Shown: positions 8,068 to 17,156 of the stretch, in pieces
How positions within the stretch are numbered: the first letter of the stretch is position 1
Layout: every line of letters begins with the position of its first letter
DNA from: an uncultured delta proteobacterium
Lineage (GTDB): Bacteria; Desulfobacterota; Binatia; HRBIN30; BPIQ01
Length of the DNA: 64,000 nucleotides
Reading direction: 5' to 3'
NCBI GenBank assembly: GCA_963761335.1
Contig: CAVXGR010000018.1
Coordinates: 832,001 to 896,000 of the forward strand
Translations under genes and position numbers: made by a program
The notes under the pieces: model-generated
What the model saw: the letters and a program-made list of their open reading frames with translations, nothing else
What the model was told of the DNA's origin: nothing
Database searches by the model: none

Positions 8068-9360
8068 GTGAATCGGAAATGGGCTCGGAGCGCTTGGACC
8101 CTGCTCGGCCTCGGCCTCGCCGGGCTGGGGGTGAGCCTTTATCTTCTCTCCGTTCACCGGGCGATCGCGGCGGCGCAGGGAGCTGGCTACACCGGCTTCT
8201 GCAACATCAACGAGACGGTGAACTGCGAGGTCGTGCTCTCCAGCCGGTACGCGTATTTGTTCGGCTATCCGGTTGCCGGCTGGGCCGCGCTCGCCTACCT
8301 CGGGCTCCTTGGCCTGGCGGCGGCGATGCTGCGCGTGTCGCGCTTCTCCACGCGCCGGCGCCTGGCACAGCTCACCTTCGGCTTCGTGGCTTGGAACGCA
8401 ATCTTCTCGTACTACATGGCGGCCGTCGCCCTCTTCTCCATCGGCGCCATCTGCATCTTGTGTACCTCGCTGTACGTCATCAACACCGCGGCACTTCCGG
8501 CCGGTTGGATGCTGTACGCTGGCGTCGAAGCCGAGGGTCGGAAGCGAGGTTCCGCTTCGCCGGACCTGGCGCGTCGCAACCGCCTGGTGATCGGCGGCTC
8601 CGTAGCCGTTCTGGTCGCCATTCTGGCGCTGGCGGCGTACGAGGGGCGGCGCGGAGGTGCGCAGACTCTCGACGAAATTCGCCGTGCCAATCCAGATTTC
8701 TACCGCTGGTACACCAGTCAGCCGATCGAGCAGGTTCCCGCCGTCGGTCGCGATCTCGGCGGCCCCGACGCCGCGGTCACCATCATCGAGTTCTCCGATT
8801 TCGAGTGCGGCCACTGCGCCGCCGCACACCGCGTTTTGCAGGAGGTCCTGCCGCGCTATCGCGGCGAGGTTCGAGTCGTGTTTCGCAACTACCCGCTCGA
8901 CAAGTCGTGCAATCCGCTGCTGACCACGCAGCTGCACGACTACGCATGCGAAGCCGCAGTGGCCGCGGAGTGCGCCGGCGAGCAGGGCAAGTTCTGGCCG
9001 TACCACGATCTTCTCTTCGAGAATCAGAGCGACCTGTCGCCCGAGAACCTGCGCCGTTTCGCGCGCCAGCTGAAGCTCGACATGGACGCTTTCCAGAGCT
9101 GCCTCGGCAGCGAGAAGGCGCACGAGCGCGTGAAGCAGGACGTCGAAGAAGGAAATCGCCTGCGCATCGAGTCGACGCCGACGATGTTCATCAACGGCCG
9201 CGTGATTCACGGCTCTCTCGACGCCGACCTGCTTCGCTACGCAATCGCCATCGAACGCGCCAAGCTGCAGTCGTTGCGAGAGAATCGCGATCGCGACGCG
9301 GTGGCGCGCGCGTTTCCGCGCCGCCCTGCCGCTCGCGTCGAGCGCCGCGCCAGCGCCTGA
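8068..9360 (+). CDS. VKOR (vitamin K epoxide reductase family)-DsbA/thioredoxin fusion
   Basis: 'FCNINETVNCEVVLSSRY' loop cysteines, TM 'CILC', then 'EFSDFECGHC' and 'STPTMFINGR'. Confidence 0.92.
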   Translation: MNRKWARSAWTLLGLGLAGLGVSLYLLSVHRAIAAAQGAGYTGFCNINETVNCEVVLSSRYAYLFGYPVAGWAALAYLGLLGLAAAMLRVSRFSTRRRLAQLTFGFVAWNAIFSYYMAAVALFSIGAICILCTSLYVINTAALPAGWMLYAGVEAEGRKRGSASPDLARRNRLVIGGSVAVLVAILALAAYEGRRGGAQTLDEIRRANPDFYRWYTSQPIEQVPAVGRDLGGPDAAVTIIEFSDFECGHCAAAHRVLQEVLPRYRGEVRVVFRNYPLDKSCNPLLTTQLHDYACEAAVAAECAGEQGKFWPYHDLLFENQSDLSPENLRRFARQLKLDMDAFQSCLGSEKAHERVKQDVEEGNRLRIESTPTMFINGRVIHGSLDADLLRYAIAIERAKLQSLRENRDRDAVARAFPRRPAARVERRASA

Positions 9361-9407
9361 GGCAATCGATGCTAGCGCCGGCGCTAACGTTTACGTTGAC
9401 ACCTCTC

Positions 9408-9423
9408 CGGCACGGCGCTTGCG
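9408..9423 (+). promoter_or_regulatory. sigma-54 promoter motif upstream of dnaA
   Basis: CGGCACGGCGCTTGCG matches GGCACG-N4-TTGC. Confidence 0.55.
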
Positions 9424-9456
9424 CGGAACGAATTTGAAGTGTTCGAGAAAATTTTC

Positions 9457-9485
9457 TTGACAACGAAAACCACTGCGACTAATTA
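9457..9485 (+). promoter_or_regulatory. sigma-70-type promoter candidate for dnaA
   Basis: TTGACA-N17-TAATTA within an AT-rich patch. Confidence 0.5.
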
Positions 9486-9592
9486 GGCAAGCTCTCGTTT
9501 CCCAAACACACAAACGAAACCAAGAATGAGTCTTTCGGCAACTCTCTTCGCCCTTCCCAAGTCGGAAGGCGAGAAGGGGCTGTTGAGCCTTG

Positions 9593-9669
9593 CTGTGCAC
9601 AGACATGTGGATGAGTGTTGCAAGTGGCGAGGAGCGGGACGCTTTCCGACTTATCCGCAGTGTGGACAA
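9593..9669. promoter_or_regulatory. Cluster of DnaA-box-like 9-mers
   Basis: TGTGGATGA (9606-9614), TTATCCGCA (9651-9659) and TGTGGACAA (9661-9669) are each one mismatch from TTATCCACA. CTGTGCACA (9593-9601) is weaker. Confidence 0.7.
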
Positions 9670-9726
9670 ACTGTTGTGGTGCAGGGAGGAACGCGGGGGA
9701 GCGTTCTTCGGGAGGGGCGGCACGCG

Positions 9727-11100
9727 ATGGGAACAATCTGGGGCCGGGTACTGCCCATTCTGCGCGAGCAGGTGGGCGAGCGCAGCTTTCAAACGTGGAT
9801 CGAGCCGCTGCGCGGCGTGGAGGAAGAAGGAGGAATCCGACTGGAGGTTCCCAGTCGGTTCCATCAGGAATGGATCTCGCGCAACTTTCTGTTGGCCATA
9901 CGGGAGGCGCTGGCGCGCCTCGCCGGAGCACCTCGGGAAGTTCGCGTCGTCATCTGCAGCGACATCGCAACGCCGCCGCCGGCGAGAGGGCCGATGCGCG
10001 CCGGCGACGGCGTGTCGCGCGAGCGGCGTCCGGTCTTCGGCCGGCTGGTGGCGACGCACACTTTCTCCAATCTGGTCGTCGGCGAGTCGAACCGGATGGC
10101 GCATGACGCGGCGCGGGCGGTGGCGCGCGAGCCGGGGCGCGAGTTCAACCCGCTCTTCATTCACGGCGGGGTAGGGCTGGGAAAGACGCATCTGGTGAAC
10201 GCGGTCGCGCACGAGTTTCTCGGCCGCTCCACCCGACAGCGGATCGCCTGCCTCGCTGCCGAGACGTTCATGAACAATCTGATCACCTGCCTTCGGCAGG
10301 ATCAGATGGGATCGTTTCGCCAGCGATTCCGAAACCTCGACGTGCTGATTCTCGACGATGTGCAGTTCCTCGCCGGGAAGGAGCGCACCCAGGAGGAGTT
10401 CTTCCACACCTTCAATGCCTTGCACGCCGAGGGAAGGCAGATCGTGCTGACGTCGGACAAGGCGCCGGGCGGAATCAAGGGGCTCGAGCAACGACTGCGG
10501 AGCCGCTTCGACGGGGGCTTGACCGCGTACATCCATCCGCCCACGTACGAGATGCGGGTGGCGATCGCCGAGCGCAAGGCCGCGGCACGCGGCGTGGATC
10601 TGCCGCGCGAAGTAGCCGTGTATCTGTCGCAGCGCGTCGGCTCGAGCGTGCGCGAGCTCGAGGGAGCGTTGACGCGAGTCGTTGCCACGGCGGCGTTGCG
10701 GCGAATGCCGATCACCTTGGCGCTGGCACAGGAATCGCTCGCCGCCTACGGAGCACAAGTAGCGGCGCTCTCGCTCGACGAGATCATCGAGCAGGTGAGC
10801 ATCGAGTTTCGCGTCGCGCCGGCGGATCTGAAGTCGTCGGGGCGGGCGCAGGCGCTGATCCTGCCGCGCCACCTCGCCATGTATCTCTGCCGCACGCTCG
10901 CCTTGGCATCGTTTGCGAGCATCGGTGAAAAGCTTGGGGGCCGGGATCACTCAACGGTGATGCACGCGGTGCGGGGGGTGGAACGGAAGAGGGAGGCCGA
11001 TTCGGCCACGGCCTCCCTCATCGCACGCCTGGAATCGGCGCTGCGGGGACGTGCCGAGGCCGCCGAGCGCGGTCCCGGCGAGCGTCGCTGCGCTCGCTGA
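9727..11100 (+). CDS. dnaA: Chromosomal replication initiator DnaA
   Basis: Domain I 'SFQTWIEPL', 'FNPLFIHGGVGLGKTHL', 'LILDDVQFLAGKERTQEEFFHTFNAL', 'RLRSRF', 'VRELEGAL', and domain IV 'GGRDHSTVMHA'. Confidence 0.95.
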   Translation: MGTIWGRVLPILREQVGERSFQTWIEPLRGVEEEGGIRLEVPSRFHQEWISRNFLLAIREALARLAGAPREVRVVICSDIATPPPARGPMRAGDGVSRERRPVFGRLVATHTFSNLVVGESNRMAHDAARAVAREPGREFNPLFIHGGVGLGKTHLVNAVAHEFLGRSTRQRIACLAAETFMNNLITCLRQDQMGSFRQRFRNLDVLILDDVQFLAGKERTQEEFFHTFNALHAEGRQIVLTSDKAPGGIKGLEQRLRSRFDGGLTAYIHPPTYEMRVAIAERKAAARGVDLPREVAVYLSQRVGSSVRELEGALTRVVATAALRRMPITLALAQESLAAYGAQVAALSLDEIIEQVSIEFRVAPADLKSSGRAQALILPRHLAMYLCRTLALASFASIGEKLGGRDHSTVMHAVRGVERKREADSATASLIARLESALRGRAEAAERGPGERRCAR

Positions 11101-11333
11101 GGCGTCGCGGAGAAGGGTGACGCGCCGTCCCGGGGTTGCCGGGGGTGGGGGAGGAGGTTGTGCGGGCGGCGCGTTCACCCGCTGTCCCTGAAGGCCGGGC
11201 CGGCGAAGGCAGGCTCTCCCAAGCCGGGAAAGCCGCGGGCCGTCGCTTGCGGGGCCCGCTTATTGACAAATCCGCATGTGGAGAGAAAAGTAGCGAACTC
11301 TCAGGGTCGCAGAGGAAGCACATCAAAGAGAAT

Positions 11334-14213
11334 ATGTACAAGCGTGCGCGCCGAGCGGCGTTACTCCTTTTGTCGCTCGTGCTCGTCACGAGTCAGGTGG
11401 CTTCGGCCAGTGTCTACCTCCTGAAAGGCAACGGCGACGGCAGCTTCGCTCCCTTTCCGAACCCGGAGATCGCCACCGGCGGGGGCGGGGGGGCCGCCAT
11501 CGTTGCCGGAGACTTCAACGGCGACCGGCGCCTGGATCTGGCGATATCCAATGCCGACACGGGCAACGTCTCCGTTCTGATCTCGAATGGCGACGGTACC
11601 TTCCAGACGCCCATCATCCTCCCCGCCGGGGATACTCCCGGGGCGCTGGTGGCCGCGGACTTCAACAGCGACGGCTTCGACGACGTGGCGGTGATCAATA
11701 CGAACGCCGACGTGGTCGACAACATCAACGTCTATCTCCGCGACCAGTCGCACAACCGCTTTGTCTCTGCTCCTGGAGACGTGGTCGTGGATGCCGGCCC
11801 GATCGGTCTGGTCGCCGCCGACTTCGACCACGATTCGGGGCGCACCATCGACTTGCTGGCCGCGCAGGGCGCCAGTGGCGGCGTTACCAACATGTTCCTC
11901 AACCTGAACGAGGGCAGCGGATCGTTCATGCCGCCGCCGGGCGGGCAGCCGAATGCCCTCAACCTGGGCACCGAGCAGGAGGCTCTCGCCACCGGCGATC
12001 TGAACGGCGACAACCTTCCCGACGTGGTGGTTTTCCCTGATCCGCCGAGCCAAATCTTCGTCCTGCGCAATACCACCACAGGCGGCACGGTCAGCTTCGG
12101 CAGAAGCAGTCTGAGCCTGTCCAGTGGGGACGACTTTCCGGATCAGGTCGATTACCCCCAAGGGATCGTCCTGGCCGACGTCAACCGCGACAGCAAGCTC
12201 GACTTGGTCATAGCGGATAACTTCGACGACCAGGTACTGATTTTGACCGGCAACGGCAACGCCACGTTCTCTGGGACTCCGATCATGATTCCGACGACCG
12301 GACTCGGTCCCTCGTCGGTGGCGGTTGCCGATTTGCGCAGCTCAAACGACATCGTGGTGACCAATCAGGACGACGATACGGTGACGGTGCTGTTGCAGGG
12401 GAACGACAACGGCAGCTTTCCCGACACGCAGACCTACGACGTCAACGGCGAGCCGATCGGCGTCGCCGTGCTCGACCTCGACGGCGACGGCAAGCTCGAC
12501 CTGGCGGTGCTGAGCCCTTTCGAGCAAGGCGTCGTTGCCACCGTCACGCCGACCTTCACGCCGGCTCCCAACGTACCCTCGGCGACGCCGACGACCCCGG
12601 CGCCGACCAACACCCCAACCATCACCTCGACCGCGACCTCCACCCCGACTCCGGTGCCGACCGCGGCGCTGGGGCTGTGCAACCTCCGCCTTCCGGGCCC
12701 GGGTCTGCCGACGGCCACTGCCGGTCCATTGACCTCGCAGCCGGATGGGGTGACCAGCGGCGACTTCGACGGCGACGCCCACATGGATATCGCCGTCAGC
12801 GACGCCCTCAATAACCGGATCCTGATCTTCTCGCAGTTTGGTGTCCTCCCCAACAGCGGCGCCTTGACGGCGCGGGCGGTGCGCAATGCGCCGCTGGCAG
12901 TGAACCCGTGCGAACCCGGTCCGCCCGACTTCCCGCAGATCCAAGTGTCCGCCGATGTTACGGAAGTGACCGGCGCCGGACTCTCCAATCCGGGCGCGCT
13001 GGTGGCCGCGGACCTGAATCGCGATGGGCGACTCGATCTCGCCGTGGCGGTCGACGGAGGCGTGGCTCTATTGTTCGGAAGCGCCCAGGGTGGCTTCGAG
13101 GCGCCGCTTCTGGTGAGCACCAGTGGCTCGGATCGACCGCGGGCGCTGATCGCCGAGGATTTGAACGGCGACACGTACCCCGACCTGGTCCTGGCCAACG
13201 GGCAGACGTCCCTGTCGCTCTTCTGCAGCGCCGGCCATTCCTCCACTGCCGCCAGCAACCTCTTTCCCACCGAGCGGCAGGTGGTCATCAGCCGGCGGGC
13301 CGACGCTCTGGTCGCGGCTCACTTCGACCAGGATGGAAAGATCGACCTGGGAACGGGGAACGAGGACGTCCCTGACGTGACCATTCTCCTGCAGGACGGT
13401 GTGGCCCAGGCGGACGGCTGTCCGGGGTTCCAGCCGCGCAGCTTTGCCCGCCGCTCGTTCCCGGTGTCGGCCCTGGTTGCCGGTGACTTCGACAGCAACG
13501 GCATCTCGGATTTCGCGCTGACGCGTCCCGGTACGGTGGACGGCACCGCGGAGCTCTGGATCGGCAGCACTCTCGGCTCGGGGGCACCCGACTTCAGCTT
13601 CTCCGACAGCCTGAGCGTGCAAGCGGCGCCGAGTGCGGCCGGTACGGCCGACTTCGACCGCGACGGCCGACTGGACCTGGTCGTCGCCAACAGTGGCTCC
13701 GACAGTCTGAGCTTTGCCTTCGGCGCCAGCGGCGGGGGCCTCTTCGCGTCGAACTCGGTGGCCGTCGGCAAGTCGCCGGTTGCCCTCAACGTCGTCGATA
13801 TCGACCGGGACGGCAAGCCGGACGTGATCACGGCCAATCCGGGCGATGGCACGATATCGATTCTGCTCAGCAGCCGTCCACCTCCAACGCCGACACCCAC
13901 ACAGACATCGACACCGACGGTCACGCCCACGGCGACCATGACCGGGACCGATACTCCGACCGGTACCTGGACGCCGACCGAGACGGCCACCGTCACCCCC
14001 ACCGCCACTCGCACCCGGCGGGAGACAGTGACGCCCGTTCCGCCGACGGCGACCCCGACAAAGATGCGCCCCTTCGATCTGGCGCCGGGCTGCGCCATCG
14101 GCCATGGAGGCTCGGCCGGCTGGGCGTGGCTGCTGTTCCCCGCTTTGCTGTGGCTGGCGCGGGGGCGCCGCCGGAGAGCGGCCACCGCGGACCGCTCGAA
14201 GATTTGGCAATGA
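11334..14213 (+). CDS. Secreted FG-GAP/VCBS-repeat protein (two repeat blocks, Pro/Thr linkers, Cys-TM-Arg C-terminal sorting tail)
   Basis: Signal peptide MYKRARRAALLLLSLVLVTSQVASA. Many 'GDFNGD..LDLA' repeats. Tail 'PGCAIGHGGSAGWAWLLFPALLWLARGRRRR'. Confidence 0.88.
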   Translation: MYKRARRAALLLLSLVLVTSQVASASVYLLKGNGDGSFAPFPNPEIATGGGGGAAIVAGDFNGDRRLDLAISNADTGNVSVLISNGDGTFQTPIILPAGDTPGALVAADFNSDGFDDVAVINTNADVVDNINVYLRDQSHNRFVSAPGDVVVDAGPIGLVAADFDHDSGRTIDLLAAQGASGGVTNMFLNLNEGSGSFMPPPGGQPNALNLGTEQEALATGDLNGDNLPDVVVFPDPPSQIFVLRNTTTGGTVSFGRSSLSLSSGDDFPDQVDYPQGIVLADVNRDSKLDLVIADNFDDQVLILTGNGNATFSGTPIMIPTTGLGPSSVAVADLRSSNDIVVTNQDDDTVTVLLQGNDNGSFPDTQTYDVNGEPIGVAVLDLDGDGKLDLAVLSPFEQGVVATVTPTFTPAPNVPSATPTTPAPTNTPTITSTATSTPTPVPTAALGLCNLRLPGPGLPTATAGPLTSQPDGVTSGDFDGDAHMDIAVSDALNNRILIFSQFGVLPNSGALTARAVRNAPLAVNPCEPGPPDFPQIQVSADVTEVTGAGLSNPGALVAADLNRDGRLDLAVAVDGGVALLFGSAQGGFEAPLLVSTSGSDRPRALIAEDLNGDTYPDLVLANGQTSLSLFCSAGHSSTAASNLFPTERQVVISRRADALVAAHFDQDGKIDLGTGNEDVPDVTILLQDGVAQADGCPGFQPRSFARRSFPVSALVAGDFDSNGISDFALTRPGTVDGTAELWIGSTLGSGAPDFSFSDSLSVQAAPSAAGTADFDRDGRLDLVVANSGSDSLSFAFGASGGGLFASNSVAVGKSPVALNVVDIDRDGKPDVITANPGDGTISILLSSRPPPTPTPTQTSTPTVTPTATMTGTDTPTGTWTPTETATVTPTATRTRRETVTPVPPTATPTKMRPFDLAPGCAIGHGGSAGWAWLLFPALLWLARGRRRRAATADRSKIWQ

Positions 14214-15739
14214 GCTCCAATAGCTGGAAAGAGAAGATGCCGATGCGCGGGTCGCGGCTGAGCGTCCTTGCGATGCTCGTCCTCATGGTCGCCGTATCGC
14301 CGGCAGGCGCGCAGCTGCCCGCGTATGGTCGTTGCGACATCTCCGTCGGGGGAAACCGCGATCTGGTGGCTGGGACGTCAGGCCTGTTCAACCAGGACTC
14401 CGTTCCGGATTTCGCGCTCGCCGACAATGCCGGTGGGCTCGTGGTGCTGAATTCCACCGCCAACGCGCTCGACGATCTCACCCAGAAGAATTGCACCGAC
14501 GCCTACGGGCCGCCGCAGGATCTCAGCGTCGCGAGCCGCCCGCTGGCGGTAACCTCCGGCCAGATCGACGGCGACGGTGCCGTCGACCTCGCGGCGGCCA
14601 CCCTCGAGACCGTCAGCCTCCTCTACGGAGATCGATCCGGAGGATTCGGTTCTCTGCAGAATCTCGCCAACTTGCAGCTGAGCAGCCCGAGCGATGTGGC
14701 CATTGCCGATCTGAACAAAGACGGACGTTCCGATCTCATCGTCGGCGACAGCGCCAACCAGTCCGTCGTCATCTTTCTTGGCCAATCGACGTCGCGCACC
14801 TTTGCTTTCTCGCAGCGGCTCATCGTCGGCCAGCCGGTGGTCAGCATCGCGGTCGCCGACTTCGACCAGGACGGCCTGCTGGACGTCGCCGCGCTCGACG
14901 ATCAGGCCGGCAATGTGACCCTGTTCTATCAGAGCTCGCTGACTCCCGGACAGTTCCCGACCCAGCCGAGCAATACCGTTGCGGTTGGAGGTGCGCCGCT
15001 CGCCATGGTGGCGGCGGTGCGGGATTTAAGCGCCGTGCCGCCGCAACCGGACTTCAATGGGGATCAGCTTCCGGATCTGGCGATTGCGACCTCGAACGGG
15101 GTGGCGGTCGTTATCAACGCCGGTGGGACGCCCACCGTCCTGCGGCGGCCGGTCACTGGGCTGACCCCGGCGGCGATTGCCGTTGCGGATCTCGACCAGG
15201 ACGGGAATCTCGATGTGGTGATCGCCGATGCCGGTGCCAGCGAAGCTCATTTCTTCGTCGGCCACGGCGACGGAACACTGACCGATGCGGGGGGCATCGA
15301 GACCGGCTCGGGGCCGACCGACGTCTTCCTGCCCGATCTCGACGGCGATGGACTTCCCGACGTGGTCACGGTCAACAATGCGGCCGGGAATGTCTCCCTG
15401 CTGTTGAGCTCCAGTGTGCCGACGCGCACGCCGACCTTGACGTCGTCGCCGACGGAAACCCCGACCGAAACGCCGACGGAAACCCCGACCGCAACGCCCA
15501 CCGAGACGCCGACGCAAACCCCCACCGCGACGCCGACGGAGACCCAGACGTTCACGCCGACCCAGACGCCGACGGCGACGGGGATCGCTCCGACCAATAC
15601 TCCGGGGCTCTTCGGAATTCAGGGTCCCTCGTGCGCGGTGCGCGCGGGTGCTCCGGTGAGCGCCGCCGACCTCGTCTGGTTGGTTCCATTGGCGGCGTAC
15701 GCCCTCGTGCGTCGCCGCAGGAGATCGCAGGTCGGATAG
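14210..15739 (+). CDS. Secreted FG-GAP/VCBS-repeat protein with PTET stalk and Cys-TM-Arg sorting tail
   Basis: ATGA overlap with the previous gene, signal peptide, '[11 protein letters not shown]'-type repeats, tail '[33 protein letters not shown]'. Start could be a downstream Met. Confidence 0.87.
   Translation: MSSNSWKEKMPMRGSRLSVLAMLVLMVAVSPAGAQLPAYGRCDISVGGNRDLVAGTSGLFNQDSVPDFALADNAGGLVVLNSTANALDDLTQKNCTDAYGPPQDLSVASRPLAVTSGQIDGDGAVDLAAATLETVSLLYGDRSGGFGSLQNLANLQLSSPSDVAIADLNKDGRSDLIVGDSANQSVVIFLGQSTSRTFAFSQRLIVGQPVVSIAVADFDQDGLLDVAALDDQAGNVTLFYQSSLTPGQFPTQPSNTVAVGGAPLAMVAAVRDLSAVPPQPDFNGDQLPDLAIATSNGVAVVINAGGTPTVLRRPVTGLTPAAIAVADLDQDGNLDVVIADAGASEAHFFVGHGDGTLTDAGGIETGSGPTDVFLPDLDGDGLPDVVTVNNAAGNVSLLLSSSVPTRTPTLTSSPTETPTETPTETPTATPTETPTQTPTATPTETQTFTPTQTPTATGIAPTNTPGLFGIQGPSCAVRAGAPVSAADLVWLVPLAAYALVRRRRRSQVG
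15449..15580 (+). repeat. In-frame 12-bp tandem repeat (about 11 degenerate units) encoding the P-T-x-T stalk
   Basis: CCGACGGAAACC/CCGACCGAAACG/CCGACGGAAACC/CCGACCGCAACG and so on. Confidence 0.85.
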
Positions 15740-15745
15740 GGCGCC

Positions 15746-17140
15746 TTGACCGGGATTACCGCATACGGGTTCTACATCCCTCGTTTTCGCCTGGAGCGCG
15801 CCGAGATCGCTCGGGCTTGGGGCGGCCGGCAGCCGGCCGGCTCGATTGCGGTCGCCAACTACGATGAAGACGCGTTGACCCTGGGCGCGGAGGCGGCGGC
15901 GGACTGCCTGGGGCGATTCGGCTGCCACCCGGACAGCCTGCTCTTCGCCAGCACCACTTCTCCATACGCCGAGAAGCAGGTCGCCAGCTATATCGCCACC
16001 GTCTGCGATCTGCCCCGGCGCCTGTGGACGGCGGACTTCTGCGGCTCGGTGCGCGGCGGCCTCACGGCGCTGATGGCGGCCGGGCACGCCGTATCCTCGG
16101 GAGCGCGCCGCGAGGTGATGGTGACCGCCGCGGACATGCGCCTCGGCGAGCCGCAGGGCGAGCTCGAGGGGTGGTTTGGCGATGCTGCCGCGGCGGTGTG
16201 CATCGGCACCCAGGGTGTGCTCGCGGAGCTCGTCGACCAGGAGAGCGTCGCCGAGGAGTTCACCCATTTCTGGCGCCTGGATCAGGGCCGCTTCGTGCAG
16301 GCGTTCTCTGGGAAATTCTCCAACACCTACGGCTATGTCCGCGATCTCGGGGAGGCCGTAGGGGCGCTGCTGGAGAGGCGCGCCCTGAAGCCCGGAGATA
16401 TCTCCTACCTGGCGGTGGCGTCGCCCGACGGTCGCGCCTCTGCCGACCTCGCAAAGGCCCTGGGCTTCGAGCCGAAGCGCCAGCTGCGCAACCCGCCGCA
16501 CCCGTCCATCGGCAGCGCCGGGGTCGCCGACCCACTCCTGGCCTTGATCGCTGTTCTGGAAGAGGCCAAGCCCGGAGAGCTCATCGTCGCCGGCGGCTAC
16601 GGTGAGGGCGCCGACGCCGTTCTGATCCGCGTCACTGCCGATGGCTCTGGCCGGGGCATGTCGCTGAAACGCCACCTCGACGGCGGCACCAGGCTGCCGA
16701 GCTATGAGAAGTATCTGAAGTACCGCCGCATTGTGCCGACCGAGGAGACCGGTGAGGCGATCAACAACGTGCTCGAGTACAAGGAGCTGAAGCAGGACGT
16801 CCGCCTTTACGGCAGCCGTTGCGGCAGCTGCGGCACGGTCCAGTATCCGATCGCCCGCGTCTGCATCAAGTGCAGAGCCCGCGATGGCCTCACTGCCCAC
16901 AGATTGTCGCGGCGCGGCCAGGTTTTCACCTTCACGGTCGATCATCTCATCGCCAATGCCGAGCACCCTCTGCCGATGGTGGTGTTGGATCTCGAGGGAG
17001 GCGGCCGGCTCTACCTGCAGGCGACCGACGCCGAGGACGCCGAGGTTCAAGTGGGCCAGCAGATGATGCTGACGTTCCGCCATCTGCACGAGGGCGGTGG
17101 CAACCACAACTACTATTGGAAGGCCCGGCCGGAGCGCTGA
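15746..17140 (+). CDS. HMG-CoA synthase-like domain fused to DUF35 (Zn-ribbon + OB-fold)
   Basis: 'GITAYGFYIPRFRL', 'VANYDEDALTLG', 'YGEGADA'. C-terminal 'RCGSCGTVQYP...CIKC' and OB-fold ending 'YYWKARP'. Confidence 0.88.
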   Translation: MTGITAYGFYIPRFRLERAEIARAWGGRQPAGSIAVANYDEDALTLGAEAAADCLGRFGCHPDSLLFASTTSPYAEKQVASYIATVCDLPRRLWTADFCGSVRGGLTALMAAGHAVSSGARREVMVTAADMRLGEPQGELEGWFGDAAAAVCIGTQGVLAELVDQESVAEEFTHFWRLDQGRFVQAFSGKFSNTYGYVRDLGEAVGALLERRALKPGDISYLAVASPDGRASADLAKALGFEPKRQLRNPPHPSIGSAGVADPLLALIAVLEEAKPGELIVAGGYGEGADAVLIRVTADGSGRGMSLKRHLDGGTRLPSYEKYLKYRRIVPTEETGEAINNVLEYKELKQDVRLYGSRCGSCGTVQYPIARVCIKCRARDGLTAHRLSRRGQVFTFTVDHLIANAEHPLPMVVLDLEGGGRLYLQATDAEDAEVQVGQQMMLTFRHLHEGGGNHNYYWKARPER

Positions 17141-17156
17141 CCGCAGGAGGACTGGG

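Noticed and set aside
9526..9726. 67-aa N-terminal extension of DnaA in the ORF track
   Set aside because: The region holds DnaA boxes and atypical codons; domain I similarity starts at ATG 9727.
11236..11291. Promoter motifs upstream of the large FG-GAP gene (GG-N10-GC at 11237; TTGACA at 11263)
   Set aside because: The -24 element reads GGGC rather than GGCA, and there is no convincing -10 at 16-18 bp.
15449..15580. Tandem repeats as a possible CRISPR array or VNTR regulatory element
   Set aside because: In-frame 12-bp coding repeats without spacers; no cas genes.
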